Shown here in pieces: positions 29,573 through 39,351 of a stretch of DNA of 64,000 nt; position 1 is the first letter of the stretch, and each line of letters begins with the position of its first letter. The position numbers were made by a program, and so were the translations under genes. The notes under the pieces were generated by a model. The model saw only the letters and a program-made list of their open reading frames with translations, was not told the origin of the DNA and did no database searches. Where the stretch lies: positions 1 through 64,000 of the forward strand of contig CAZSWP010000017.1 in the NCBI GenBank assembly GCA_964610875.1. Reading direction: 5' to 3'. Source of the DNA: an uncultured archaeon. GTDB taxonomy: Archaea; Asgardarchaeota; Thorarchaeia; Thorarchaeales; Thorarchaeaceae.

Positions 29573-29870
29573 GTGACAGGGCGGATTTCGAGACCTCGAG
29601 TTCTTTCTTCAAACATCTAGAACATAACATGGATACTTGACTTCCTTTGAATCTCTGCCAATGAATCACCCATCTGCGTATAGAGTCGATTGGCCGTCCG
29701 CATTCAGAACAGGTATTGTATTCCAAGAGGGATTGATCCATCTCTTCTAATAGGCAATCCTCACAGAGAAGAGGATATTTCCCTCCAGATTTTTCCACGA
29801 TTTTTGAGGCAACTTCACTAACTAAATTGCCACAACGGACGCATTTTGAAATCAGAAATATCACTCTCAT
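29544..29870 (-). CDS. Double zinc-finger protein
   Basis: CVRC...CEDC and CSEC...CSRC. Confidence 0.7.
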   Translation of the reverse strand: MRVIFLISKCVRCGNLVSEVASKIVEKSGGKYPLLCEDCLLEEMDQSLLEYNTCSECGRPIDSIRRWVIHWQRFKGSQVSMLCSRCLKKELEVSKSALSHGKKTEQND

Positions 29871-30163
29871 CTAACCAAGCTACGGAATGTAAATTGTACA
29901 CTCCTTTTTTCCTTTTTCATTCATAGTAGGTATAATCCAGTCAGGGATGAACAATGATCTGATTCATTTTCTGGAGGTCATTAGTATTGGCAATGTCTGT
30001 CTGTACGCGATTTAGGATAGCCTTATGATCTTCGATTCATAGATATGAGATTGTTGGAATAAATCAATGAGTTCTATCCTTTTTTCAGGAGATATTTGAA
30101 ACAATAAGGCAATCAAAAGACTTCTAACCTAGTTTTGACTTCATAGTAAATGGAGAAAGAACT

Positions 30164-30586
30164 ATGCCATTCTATGAGAGTTCTGAGCAACTAAAAGAGG
30201 TATTCGAAGAATTCTGGAGTAGAGCACTTCAGGAAGAAGAAGTCTATGAGAAATTGGTCAAATCCGGGATAATTGTACGGTTTGATATTGAACAACCAGA
30301 GGTACATGTGACAATCAATTTTCGAGATCCGGGTCCTGATGGAAAACTTGGATCATTGAGCTTCGATTCAGATGTGGAACCAGAGATTGCTGTTTGGAGT
30401 ACTTCAGAAACTACGAACAAATTCTGGCAAGGTAAACTAAATACAACTATAGCTATGGCGAAAGGACAAGTGAAGATGGATGGTTCTATTGCAAAAGCCC
30501 TTGGACTCCTTTCGAAAATCAAGCCACTCTTCAAAATATTTCCGAAAGTTTTGCGCGATAAAGGCTTAGATCATATGGTTCTATGA
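30164..30586 (+). CDS. SCP2 sterol/lipid-binding domain protein
   Basis: FWQGKLNTTIAMAKGQVKMDGSIAKALGL. Confidence 0.85.
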   Translation: MPFYESSEQLKEVFEEFWSRALQEEEVYEKLVKSGIIVRFDIEQPEVHVTINFRDPGPDGKLGSLSFDSDVEPEIAVWSTSETTNKFWQGKLNTTIAMAKGQVKMDGSIAKALGLLSKIKPLFKIFPKVLRDKGLDHMVL

Positions 30587-30666
30587 TGTTGGAAAATATT
30601 GCTATCATAAAGCATAAAAGGGAAAACTCCAAGTTACAAATTAGAACTTAACATAGGTTAACTACA

Positions 30667-30882
30667 ATGGCGGAAATCACAAAAGACATGACAATTGCTG
30701 AAGTCGTAATGAAATGGCCAGAAACAGCTGGAACCTTCATGGAATGGGGGCTACACTGTTATGGTTGTGCTGTTGCGAAATATGAGAATGTCGAACAGGG
30801 CGCTATGGCACATGGAATCCCCGCAGACAAACTTGTTGAAGCACTTAATGAAACAATTGAGAAGAAAAAAGCAGAGGCGTGA
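30667..30882 (+). CDS. DUF1858 domain protein
   Basis: ITKDMTIAEVV..P...F...GLHCYGC....E.VEQGA.AHG. Confidence 0.9.
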   Translation: MAEITKDMTIAEVVMKWPETAGTFMEWGLHCYGCAVAKYENVEQGAMAHGIPADKLVEALNETIEKKKAEA

Positions 30883-30921
30883 AACTCCCGAGTTGCATCT
30901 TCTTCTTTTTTTCTACAGAAC

Positions 30922-31776
30922 TTAATCTTTCTCTGATTTTATTCTACCATAGAGACGACCAGTTTCTTCTTCACTCATCTCAAAACTATGTTCCTTGTCA
31001 GGAAACTTCTTACTTCTGACCTCTTCTACGTATTCTAGAACCGCATCTTTCATGATCTTACTGATGTTGGCATATTTCTTGACAAACTTGGGTTTGAAAT
31101 CTTCGAAGAAACCTAACATATCCCACAATACAAGAACTTGACCATCACAATGAGGTCCAGCGCCAATTCCTATCGTTGGTATTTCAACAGATTCAGTGAT
31201 CAGTTTTGCAGTTTCAGTTGGAACCAGCTCAATGACTAGGGAGAAAACACCTGCATCCTGTAGAGCTTTCGCTTGTTCTACCAATACTTCAGTTGCCTCG
31301 GCGGTCCGTCCTTGCACTCGATATCCACCTAAATCGAAGATGGACTGTGGTGTCAGACCTATATGGCCCATAACAGGAATCCCAGCATCAACCACTGCTG
31401 AAATAATATCTGTTACTCTGCCAGCACCCTCAATTTTAACGGCTTCGGCACCACCTGCTTGAAGAGCATAAGCACAGTTCTCTAGAGCCTGCTCAGTACT
31501 AATTTTACATGTCATAAATGGCATATCAGCAATAATCAGACTATCCGGATTTGCTCGTGAAACAGCAGAGCAATGATGCACAATATCATCCAATGTGACG
31601 GGAATTGTGCTTTCATATCCAAGCAGGGAATTACCTACCGAATCCCCAACAAGAATCATATCCACACCGCACTCGCTGAGGATTTTTGCAGATGGAGCAT
31701 CGTAGGCTGTTAGCATCACAATCTTCTTTCCTTTCGATTTCATCTGCTTTATCTTATGAGTAGTCTTTCGAGCCAA
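30922..31776 (-). CDS. panB: 3-methyl-2-oxobutanoate hydroxymethyltransferase
   Basis: MLTAYD, LVGDS, ADMPF, VKIEG, GHIGLTPQ, IGIGAG, DGQVLV. Confidence 0.97.
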   Translation of the reverse strand: MARKTTHKIKQMKSKGKKIVMLTAYDAPSAKILSECGVDMILVGDSVGNSLLGYESTIPVTLDDIVHHCSAVSRANPDSLIIADMPFMTCKISTEQALENCAYALQAGGAEAVKIEGAGRVTDIISAVVDAGIPVMGHIGLTPQSIFDLGGYRVQGRTAEATEVLVEQAKALQDAGVFSLVIELVPTETAKLITESVEIPTIGIGAGPHCDGQVLVLWDMLGFFEDFKPKFVKKYANISKIMKDAVLEYVEEVRSKKFPDKEHSFEMSEEETGRLYGRIKSEKD

Positions 31777-31859
31777 GATATTTCTCCATCCGCTATAATT
31801 CCATCTCTGTTATTTATAGAGTTTCTTTCTCAAATGTATATTGTATATACAATCTATTG

Positions 31860-33815
31860 TTAGCGGTTTGATTCTGTTAATATAAAGAATGTATCTGCAC
31901 CAGGGAGATAGCTTCCCTTAAACAAACGACGTAGTAAGCATATGAAAACAGAACGTTTCAAATCGATAGATTTTGCATGCTCAGTGACACGGAGTTGACC
32001 TTTCTCCATTCCTGTCTTCCTTAATTGGTCAACCCATTCAACAGTTACCACCACTCCACAAGCATCAATCAGGTATTGGCCATCTAACAGATTCGCCTCT
32101 AACTCAGATGCCAATACTGAATAGTCCATACCAAAAGCATCAGCACGCATACCTACATCAAACACACCCCTTTGTTTTAACCTTGAACGCATGGCATCAA
32201 CAAGAGCCTTTCTGCTCACAAGAACTCCTTTTGGGGTTCTAAGCGCGTTCCAACTCATTCTTGAGAGTATTCGTTGTATCTCTGTTAGATCGTAACCATG
32301 ATGCTTTGAAAATGCAATAGGATTGAGTATCCCGTGTTTCTTGAATTCTTCAGATAACTCAGCACGAATAACATCGTATGGGATTAATGCCCCTTCCGAA
32401 TTCATCATCGCTTCAGTTTCAATATCAGCTAGAATAGCCTCTGCTGTACCAATTTTAATGCCATAAGAGTCCATTAGACTTTGAGGATTTATTCTTTTAC
32501 CAGATTCCAGTTGTGCGCGAGCATTTCTTCTAGCCCATGCCAATGAGAGATAGTCGCCATCTCTTGTTATGGTGGTACGCAGACCAAATCGTTTCATGAG
32601 AGAGAGTATGTCTAAATTGGATAGCCCCCACTTCTCTTCTGCTTCACGAATATTTACCAAACCATTTTCTCTCACAGTTTCTAAGAACCATTCTCGTAGT
32701 ACGCGTAAAGAAATATAATGACCATTTGGATTCTTGCGATATCTTTCATCATCTTTGACCAATCCGATAATTGTAGTTACAGGAACCTGGTACCTATCAG
32801 AAAAGACTTGGGGATCAATAATTCCAAGAAGCTCAATATCATCATGAAACATGCGAGATATTTGAGACAGGGTCAGTATTGAATCATCTTCAGAGGTTAT
32901 CACTCTATGTCCAGATTTTGCAAGCAATCGTAAAGCCTGTTCCTTTGTTATATGCAACTGTTCATTTAGTGTGACAGGAGAGATTAAACCATCCTCAATG
33001 AACTCGACCAATTTCTCTTCAACCAAGTGTTCAGGAACTAGATTCCCTTCTAGAGTTTTAACCAATTTCCAGTGAAGAGCAATGGCTATTTTTGTGATTT
33101 CTTGCTCTTGTATTTCAAGGCGGATTGTTTCATCAGCGGGAGAGAGATATCCTTTCTTCCTAATCTCACTCTCTAGAGACCATCGCACCCATCTTAGAGA
33201 GATTATTTTTCCATTTCTTGTTTCAAAGGCATTCCAGTTCCATGAACGAATTAATTCGAGCAATTCATCTTGCTCTACCTGAAGCCGTTGTGACTCAGTC
33301 AGTGTATCAATACGTCCCTGAAGCTGAAGTGTATCGCGTAGTTTCTCCTTGAGGTCTGGAACTAAGAGATATTCACCAGATTTTGTCCTCAGAACATCCA
33401 ATTTCTCTTTCTGGCAGAGAGCTTCAACAATGTCTGCAACTTTGTCCTCGGTGATACTCCAATTCATTGCTTCCTTACCTGGATTCAAAACATGGGAATT
33501 GACTAGTTGTTCCTTGAACTTTGTTTCCATGACAGGTAGTGAAAGGATTGTCATCCCACTAAATGAGAGAATAGCGTTTTCAGCAAGTTCAACAATTCCT
33601 AATACACTCTTTCTATCAAGGGGTTTCCGAGAGAGCTCCTGTGATGCAGTAACTACACTAATATTTGATTGAAAATCCAGAATCTGATTGAGTTTTGCAA
33701 CACACTTCCTTTTGTTTTGAATACTCCAGTACGCGTATGCAACCAATGCCAGAATTGAGAGGCTTAATCCAATAAAGAGAGAAAAATAATCCTCATCTAC
33801 AAAGGGCAATTGCAT
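31860..33815 (-). CDS. Membrane-anchored tandem winged-helix repeat protein (UFL1/DDRGK1-like repeats)
   Basis: N-terminal TM; ~50-aa repeats with helix-G-x-(I/L)-x-P-HTH-...-TxxGxx(I/L)(S/P). Confidence 0.7.
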   Translation of the reverse strand: MQLPFVDEDYFSLFIGLSLSILALVAYAYWSIQNKRKCVAKLNQILDFQSNISVVTASQELSRKPLDRKSVLGIVELAENAILSFSGMTILSLPVMETKFKEQLVNSHVLNPGKEAMNWSITEDKVADIVEALCQKEKLDVLRTKSGEYLLVPDLKEKLRDTLQLQGRIDTLTESQRLQVEQDELLELIRSWNWNAFETRNGKIISLRWVRWSLESEIRKKGYLSPADETIRLEIQEQEITKIAIALHWKLVKTLEGNLVPEHLVEEKLVEFIEDGLISPVTLNEQLHITKEQALRLLAKSGHRVITSEDDSILTLSQISRMFHDDIELLGIIDPQVFSDRYQVPVTTIIGLVKDDERYRKNPNGHYISLRVLREWFLETVRENGLVNIREAEEKWGLSNLDILSLMKRFGLRTTITRDGDYLSLAWARRNARAQLESGKRINPQSLMDSYGIKIGTAEAILADIETEAMMNSEGALIPYDVIRAELSEEFKKHGILNPIAFSKHHGYDLTEIQRILSRMSWNALRTPKGVLVSRKALVDAMRSRLKQRGVFDVGMRADAFGMDYSVLASELEANLLDGQYLIDACGVVVTVEWVDQLRKTGMEKGQLRVTEHAKSIDLKRSVFICLLRRLFKGSYLPGADTFFILTESNR

Positions 33816-33835
33816 CGGTTGATATCACCAATTGT

Positions 33836-36766
33836 CTAGAGGAATATTCCTTTCTTCCTTAAGCTTCTCTTGTATATCTCCATTCCAAGAATCGCAGGTA
33901 ATGAGGCAAGTATGCAAACTAACCAATCAAAGGCAGTTAGAGGAATAATGTAGAATTCCAGTCCCGCCGTTGCCAAGAACAGCTGTACCTCAGGAATATA
34001 CATCAACAAAAGATGGGCAAGATAGATTAATCCAAGTAGAACAGCAAACCGTTCGATTCCAGGTTCACGAATTCCTTCATGAGCAGGAAGATTAATTCTT
34101 CGAATGATCAATACTAAGACGCTTTCAACAATTAGGATAATTGTGAGAAGCATGGTTGTCGCTTTCATTATCTGAAGGTTCCATTGGTCTGGTACTGGTG
34201 AAGCATTGCTATAGAAACCTGCTAGATTCTCTGGAACAATATCAAGAATGCCCATGAATCCAGTGAAAGCCATCCAGTACACAACAGCTGCACCAATCAC
34301 CATCAATACAACATTTAGTCCCATCAACTTTGCTAGACCACGCGTAATTAGGTCTTCACTGTCCCTAGGTTTCTCTTCCATAGCACGAGGTGATGTTTTA
34401 TCGAACACCAACGCCAGACCAGGGAACGAATGTGTTGTGGCAACCAGATAGAGACTCTGCCAACTTGTGAGCATATTGAATCCTGCTGGTAGGAGAAATA
34501 GTGCTCCAAAGAATATGATGCTTTCAAACAGGTTGATAGCGATATAGAAATAGACCATCATACGTATCTTGTTGAAAAGCCCTCTTCCCTCTTGCACACC
34601 AGTAACAATAGAGGCAAATGAATCATCAGTGATTACCAGATCTGCTGCTTCTTTGGCAACATCTGTTCCAGTGATGCCCATAGCGATACCTGCATCGCTC
34701 ATTGCAAGGGCAAGAGCATCATTCACTCCATCACCAGTCATCGCGACAACTTTTTTGTCATCCTGATAGCGTTCTACAATTATTTGCTTGTGTTCTGGGT
34801 TTACGCGTGCAAAGACATTTACATTTAGAAACGCTTCGTCAGTCAGTGCAGGGATGTCCTTTCCTTCGCACACCAGAGAATTCTCTTTGAAAATATTGAG
34901 ATTTTCAGCGATGGTTTTTGCGGTTGCAGACGCATCACCAGTAATCATTATTACGTTTATTCCCGCACTATGACAAGCATCAACTGCTTCTCTGACACCA
35001 TCACGTGCAGGGTCGACTATTGCGGCAAAACCGAGATATGTCAAATGTCGTTCGGTTTGTTCCCGTGCATTTGGTCCTGATGGGACATAGTCCATTTCAC
35101 GGTGAGCAAGAGAGATGACTCGATATCCACGTGCAGCAAACTCACTACTCAGTCGCATGATTTCTTCACGGATAGAATCAGTCAGGGGTTCGTCGGTTCC
35201 CGCTGTTTCTACCATTGTGCACATAGGAACAAGGACTTCAGTTGCACCTTTTACGAATGCGATGTGTTTATCCCCATTCTTTGCAATCTTTGCCATTCTC
35301 TTAAATTCTGAATCGAATGGGAATTCTTCCACTATACTATAATGGTCATCGACATTTAGTTGACTCTTGCGGTACAATGCAAGTAGGGCGGCGTCTGTAG
35401 GGTCACCCATTGGAATATACATTGAGCCTTGACCAGGAATTATCTTCTCAACGATTTCAGAGTCGTTGTTGATTCCACCACAAATCAATAACTGTGCAAG
35501 ACCCTGCGGCAGGTTATATTCATCCACCTTGAAGGAGTCTTCAAATGAGAGAGTATCGACTGATGAGAGGTCTTTGAGTTTTAGAATGTCACCACTGTGA
35601 GCATAACCAGCTCCAGTAACAGCAAAGATCTCCTCCGTGTCCCAGATAAATTTCACAGTCATTTCATTTCTGGTCATTGTTCCAGTTTTATCTGAACAGA
35701 TCACACTGACTCTACCAAGACTTTCTACAGCTGAGAGGTCTCGAATGATTACACCCTTCTTGGCCATGGCTAGTACTCCCGTCAGCAACACGATAGTCGT
35801 AAGTAATGGAATATTGATGGGCATGATCGTCATGGCCTTGGTGATTCCTGCGGAAAGTGTATTGACTATGATTTCCAAATCCAAGATAATCGGATCACCT
35901 AAAAGCATTGGACCAAAGAAGAGAGCCCAAGTGATTGATAGTACCATTAGAAATACTGCAGCAATTCCAAGATATTTTGCTAGAAGATTTACCTTCCTGC
36001 GTAGCGGGATATCCCCTGTATTTAACTGTTCAAGGGAACCCTGTATTTTTCCAATCTCAGTTCCGCTGCCGGTTGTTGTGGCGACAATTCTTGCAGTGCC
36101 AGTTGAAACATAGGTTCCAAAAAAGACTGTATTGATCATATCAGTAAGCGGAACATCTGATTCTATAGTAGCATTAGCATCCTTTGTAACAGGAACACTC
36201 TCACCAGTCAGAGATGCTTCGTTAGCAGAGAAGTTTGAGCACGTGATAACTCGCGCATCAGCAGGGACTCTATCACCTTGGTCTAATTTGATTATATCTC
36301 CAGGAACGATTTTATCGGGTGTTACTTGAAGCTCATGTCCATTTCTAATTACTCGTACATCTCCCGCACTGAGTTTCTCAAGCGCTTCAAGTTTCTTTTG
36401 GGCACGAAACTGCTGGAAAATAGCAACTAGACAATTCACAGCAACAATGGCCAACCAGAATAAAGCTTGATTCAACTGTGATTCGCTAAATGGAAATGCG
36501 TAAGCAATTATCACCAGCGCAAATGAGCTTAAAAGATAGATATTGATCAACCAGTTTAAGATGGGAGCTAAGTAAACTTTCCAGAAGGATTCTTTTGCTT
36601 TTGGTATCATATTTGGACCATATTGATCCAGACGTGTAGAAGCATCTTCCATTGAAAGACCATTATCAATATCCGTTTCCAATTCGGATACAACTTTGCT
36701 AAGAGGTACAGCATGAAAATTGTTCTTCAACAGAGATTCGGATACGATGGTTTCTTGCGCCGGCAA
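33836..36766 (-). CDS. P-type ATPase, P2-like scaffold with atypical transport site
   Basis: TGES, DKTGT, GDPTD, FDSEFKRM, KGA, MITGD, FARVNP, GDGVND; TM4 PINIP. Confidence 0.95.
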   Translation of the reverse strand: MPAQETIVSESLLKNNFHAVPLSKVVSELETDIDNGLSMEDASTRLDQYGPNMIPKAKESFWKVYLAPILNWLINIYLLSSFALVIIAYAFPFSESQLNQALFWLAIVAVNCLVAIFQQFRAQKKLEALEKLSAGDVRVIRNGHELQVTPDKIVPGDIIKLDQGDRVPADARVITCSNFSANEASLTGESVPVTKDANATIESDVPLTDMINTVFFGTYVSTGTARIVATTTGSGTEIGKIQGSLEQLNTGDIPLRRKVNLLAKYLGIAAVFLMVLSITWALFFGPMLLGDPIILDLEIIVNTLSAGITKAMTIMPINIPLLTTIVLLTGVLAMAKKGVIIRDLSAVESLGRVSVICSDKTGTMTRNEMTVKFIWDTEEIFAVTGAGYAHSGDILKLKDLSSVDTLSFEDSFKVDEYNLPQGLAQLLICGGINNDSEIVEKIIPGQGSMYIPMGDPTDAALLALYRKSQLNVDDHYSIVEEFPFDSEFKRMAKIAKNGDKHIAFVKGATEVLVPMCTMVETAGTDEPLTDSIREEIMRLSSEFAARGYRVISLAHREMDYVPSGPNAREQTERHLTYLGFAAIVDPARDGVREAVDACHSAGINVIMITGDASATAKTIAENLNIFKENSLVCEGKDIPALTDEAFLNVNVFARVNPEHKQIIVERYQDDKKVVAMTGDGVNDALALAMSDAGIAMGITGTDVAKEAADLVITDDSFASIVTGVQEGRGLFNKIRMMVYFYIAINLFESIIFFGALFLLPAGFNMLTSWQSLYLVATTHSFPGLALVFDKTSPRAMEEKPRDSEDLITRGLAKLMGLNVVLMVIGAAVVYWMAFTGFMGILDIVPENLAGFYSNASPVPDQWNLQIMKATTMLLTIILIVESVLVLIIRRINLPAHEGIREPGIERFAVLLGLIYLAHLLLMYIPEVQLFLATAGLEFYIIPLTAFDWLVCILASLPAILGMEIYKRSLRKKGIFL

Positions 36767-37071
36767 TTCAACAACCTCTTAACATGTACTTGCTTTGATA
36801 GCGTTACTACTGATAAATGAAATTGTGTGGAAGCCAGATGCATTCGATTCTTGGCGTGTCACTTTTTTCATTCCTGCCTCATGCCATGGCTCTTGGTTCT
36901 ATATTCATTAGCCCCATTGATATAACAGGCATGAATTATACTAGATTAAGCTTCCCCTTCCCCTTCCAATATGAAGGATTCTCTTATCAATATAAACCGC
37001 CTCAGTCGACAAGTTAAATTAGTTATATTCGAATCCTATCATGCCGCGAGTAGAAACCGAGGTGTTTTACT

Positions 37072-39063
37072 ATGAGATATCAATATTGGGAAGCTGATTC
37101 TACATATCGTAGAACACCTTCCTCATCAAACCCTACAAAGAAAATAATTGCCGCACTTGTCATTATTATTTTGATGATTTCATCAGGCATTATTCTAATG
37201 ATGCAGAATTACAATCCATTCACGCCGGGTACACCTACTGGTGAAGTGAAGGTTGCAGTTCTGGACTCTGGATTGGACATCGATTTCTCCATGCAAGGAA
37301 GAGTAGCAGAACAACAGAGCTTCATTTTACCAATGTATGGATATGAAGAAACCGATACTTCCACCACTGATTCGAATCCCAGTGATGGTGCAGGGAATAA
37401 TGTAAAACATGGAACACTTGTGACTCAAGCAGTCCTACAGGAGAGTCAAAGCGCGATTATAGTTAATGCTAAAGTCATAGGCTCTGACGGTGTCGCTACT
37501 GCGCGGGGTATAGAAGCAGCCATATACTGGGCTATTGAGGTCAATTGTAGTATCATCAATTTGAGTGTGGGTTCAAGTCCAACATACGGAGACCCACTAG
37601 AAAGAGCAGTGGACTATGCATTCTCACAGGGAGTGGTTGTGGTTGCTGCTGCGGGAAATGAAGGAGGAGAAGGATTAGCTGGAACGAGCATTAGCTCACC
37701 TAGTCTTTTCAGAAATGCATTATCAGTTGCTGCTCTAGATCAGAATGGTATTCCAGAGGGTTACTCGAGCACCGGGCCAATTGAATCACGATATATGAAA
37801 CCAGACATAGCAGCACCAGGTTATGTTGAAACACCATCAGCAAGATACTTCGGAACAAGTTTTGCATCACCACGTGTTGCGGGTATTGCGGCAGATTTAA
37901 TTAATTATCTAGACACAAATGGAATCAATCACACTCCAGGAATGATATATTCAGCACTCATGCTTGGAGCTGAGTCAATAGCAGCCGCAGAGTATGTTGT
38001 AGGAGCGGGTGAAGCTGACCTTCAAGGAGCAATAGACGTTCTTCAAACGGTAGGATATGAGAGAGGGTTTGCAGAGATTGCTTATGCTCACCCTAATAAT
38101 TTGCCAATTGATTATGAACAACTCTTCTATGGAGATTTATACTTCTTTGATATTACGATTTTCAATTCACAAGATACCACATATTCGGTATCCATTGAGA
38201 GCGAAACCCCCGAAATCTTTGATATTCCAATAACACTTCAGGTGAATCAAAGTGGAGTGTTACACATAGAACTAGAGGTTCCGGATTCTGGAACTGGTTC
38301 ATTTGAATCAACCATATTACTTGAGGCGACATATCATTCCACATCGGTAGAGATTGATTTCTCAGCGGAAGTACCGGATGCAAGAATTGCTTTTGATACA
38401 AGTCATTCTGCGTGGTCTATAGATAGTATCTACGGGCAATTCAGGGACTTCTATATAGAGCTTACAGACAACGATATCTCTGTGACAGAAATCAGAAATT
38501 CTTTATTACTAACATACTCATACCTAAGCGATTTTGATGCTGTGTTTATTTTAGATCCATGTTCATGGGACATTAACGAAACTATCCCTTCAAATCCCGA
38601 ATGGTATTATATTCCATATACTCAGGCAGAGAAAGATGCCTACATTCAGTATTATAATTCGGGTGGCGGAATCTTCGTAGCTGGTCTCTCTAATGAAAGC
38701 ATAAACATTGATGAAGTGAATAGCTTTCTTGATTGGACAGGAATCTCATTTGATCACGACACAGTTCCAGGTGATAAGAGCATCACACTTGTAACGAATC
38801 TATCACCCCATCCTGTGACATCAGGAATTCCAAACTTTGATTATGCAGGAACAACCCTGAATCACAATGCGACTGCTGATGTTTTGGCAACATTGAACGG
38901 TGAACCTGTCTTGGTATCTATAGAAACCGCAGGTAGGATAATTGTAACTGGAACCAATTTCTTCATTGACAATTGGGGTATTAATGGAATTGAACCTTAC
39001 CAATCATCAAGCAATGCAATTCTCGGATTAAGGATAGCATTATGGTTGGCTGATATGATATGA
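37072..39063 (+). CDS. Membrane-anchored subtilisin-like (S8) serine protease
   Basis: VAVLDSG, HGTLV, AAAGNEG, KPDIAAPG, GTSFASP; N-terminal TM anchor. Confidence 0.93.
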   Translation: MRYQYWEADSTYRRTPSSSNPTKKIIAALVIIILMISSGIILMMQNYNPFTPGTPTGEVKVAVLDSGLDIDFSMQGRVAEQQSFILPMYGYEETDTSTTDSNPSDGAGNNVKHGTLVTQAVLQESQSAIIVNAKVIGSDGVATARGIEAAIYWAIEVNCSIINLSVGSSPTYGDPLERAVDYAFSQGVVVVAAAGNEGGEGLAGTSISSPSLFRNALSVAALDQNGIPEGYSSTGPIESRYMKPDIAAPGYVETPSARYFGTSFASPRVAGIAADLINYLDTNGINHTPGMIYSALMLGAESIAAAEYVVGAGEADLQGAIDVLQTVGYERGFAEIAYAHPNNLPIDYEQLFYGDLYFFDITIFNSQDTTYSVSIESETPEIFDIPITLQVNQSGVLHIELEVPDSGTGSFESTILLEATYHSTSVEIDFSAEVPDARIAFDTSHSAWSIDSIYGQFRDFYIELTDNDISVTEIRNSLLLTYSYLSDFDAVFILDPCSWDINETIPSNPEWYYIPYTQAEKDAYIQYYNSGGGIFVAGLSNESINIDEVNSFLDWTGISFDHDTVPGDKSITLVTNLSPHPVTSGIPNFDYAGTTLNHNATADVLATLNGEPVLVSIETAGRIIVTGTNFFIDNWGINGIEPYQSSSNAILGLRIALWLADMI

Positions 39064-39139
39064 GAGAGCCAAAGTGCTTCCAGATGCACATAGATTGCGG
39101 AGTCTTAGATGTTTAAAAGGGATGGATGTATAGAAATAG

Positions 39140-39219
39140 CTACCAAAAAACACCGAGTCGAAGTCGGATGTGCTGATGATTGGATTCAACTAGTCATCAG
39201 CTTTCCGCACTGTTTTTTT
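39140..39219 (+). ncRNA. Candidate structured small RNA
   Basis: TTTAAAA at 39112-39118, 12-bp stem 39172-39183/39190-39201 with G-U pairs, T7 at 39213-39219, non-coding context. Confidence 0.35.
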
Positions 39220-39351
39220 CGTTTACAAATTTTCAACTCAAAATACTATGTTAATCATGTCTTCAATAATATCTTGAACTAGTGATACATATCATCACAT
39301 TTACATAGCACTGGTGTACCCGCCGGCCGTAGCAAGGAGTCTGGTTGATAA

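Noticed and set aside
39172-39201. SECIS, C/D box RNA or hammerhead ribozyme (contains CUGAUGA)
   Set aside because: The UGAUGA is fully Watson-Crick paired; there is no GA quartet, downstream box D or GAAA core
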